Under the pieces are notes generated by a model that made no database searches, had not been told where the DNA came from, and saw only the letters and a list, made by a program, of their open reading frames with translations. From Actinomycetota bacterium (GTDB lineage: Bacteria; Actinomycetota; Acidimicrobiia; Acidimicrobiales; JAJPHE01), in contig JAJPHE010000160.1 of NCBI GenBank assembly GCA_021325435.1, forward strand, positions 10,202-74,201: a stretch of 64,000 bases of DNA, read 5' to 3'. The first letter of the stretch is position 1; every line of letters begins with the position of its first letter. Shown one piece after another: positions 63,885 through 64,000 of the stretch. Both the position numbers and the translations under genes were made by a program.

Positions 63885-64000
63885 CAGGCCTCCGTGGGCC
63901 GGACCACCGCGGGGGAGCGGCGGAAGAACTGCTCGACGTCGCGTTCGTAGCGGTAGTTGGGACGGGTCTGGCCGATCACCCGCTGTAGGCGGCGCGAGCG
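63885..64000 (-). CDS. 3' end of an unidentified gene (C-terminal 38 codons plus stop; continues off-window)
   Basis: The minus frame is open from the window edge to TGA (tca 63885-63887): ...RVIGQTRPNYRYERDVEQFFRRSPAVVRPTEA. The stop lies 5 nt before the crotonase start, suggesting an operon. No family assigned. Confidence 0.35.

Overview
Very GC-rich chromosomal segment (GC not computed) with actinobacterial gene content; no lineage assignment was possible without a search. About 70 tightly packed protein genes, one tRNA and no rRNA. I found no CRISPR array, transposase, integrase or prophage signature. Much of the window is a conserved housekeeping block. From memory, its order matches Mycobacterium tuberculosis Rv1007c-Rv1026 and xseAB/ychF: rsmI, metG, tatD, a wall hydrolase, rsmA/ksgA, ispE, tRNA-Gln, glmU, prs, rplY, pth, mfd, a PPIase, mazG, eno, ftsB, DUF501 and ppx. 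The left third holds accessory genes: a LiaFSR-like three-component module, two MFS transporters, acyl-CoA metabolism, an ECF sigma with a Ser/Thr/Gly-rich membrane partner, lipid-remodelling genes, an MgtE-N/CBS protein with an NRAMP-related transporter, and a glycosyltransferase/methyltransferase/prenyltransferase-like cassette.

Most notable observations:
1. A soluble PRC-barrel/MgtE-N/CBS protein sits next to an NRAMP-family transporter whose metal-site residues are non-canonical, behind a 254-nt leader.
2. A roughly 9.6 kb form-II CoxL-type molybdenum hydroxylase and maturation cluster is wedged between ftsB and DUF501. It carries an embedded DUF1707/LiaF-like/class III cyclase gene and an in-frame TAG in its MoxR ATPase.
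3. The LiaS-like sensor kinase has a 1-nt frameshift.
4. Two tiny actinobacterial ribosomal protein genes (bL37, bS22) are absent from the supplied ORF track.
5. The GlmU homologue ends early in its acetyltransferase domain.
6. Several genes appear to start at CTG, about 7 nt downstream of a GGAGG-like Shine-Dalgarno (SD) sequence.

Many long antisense ORFs in the track are GC-driven shadows and were rejected. All domain calls come from motifs read by eye. No database search or computation was run.
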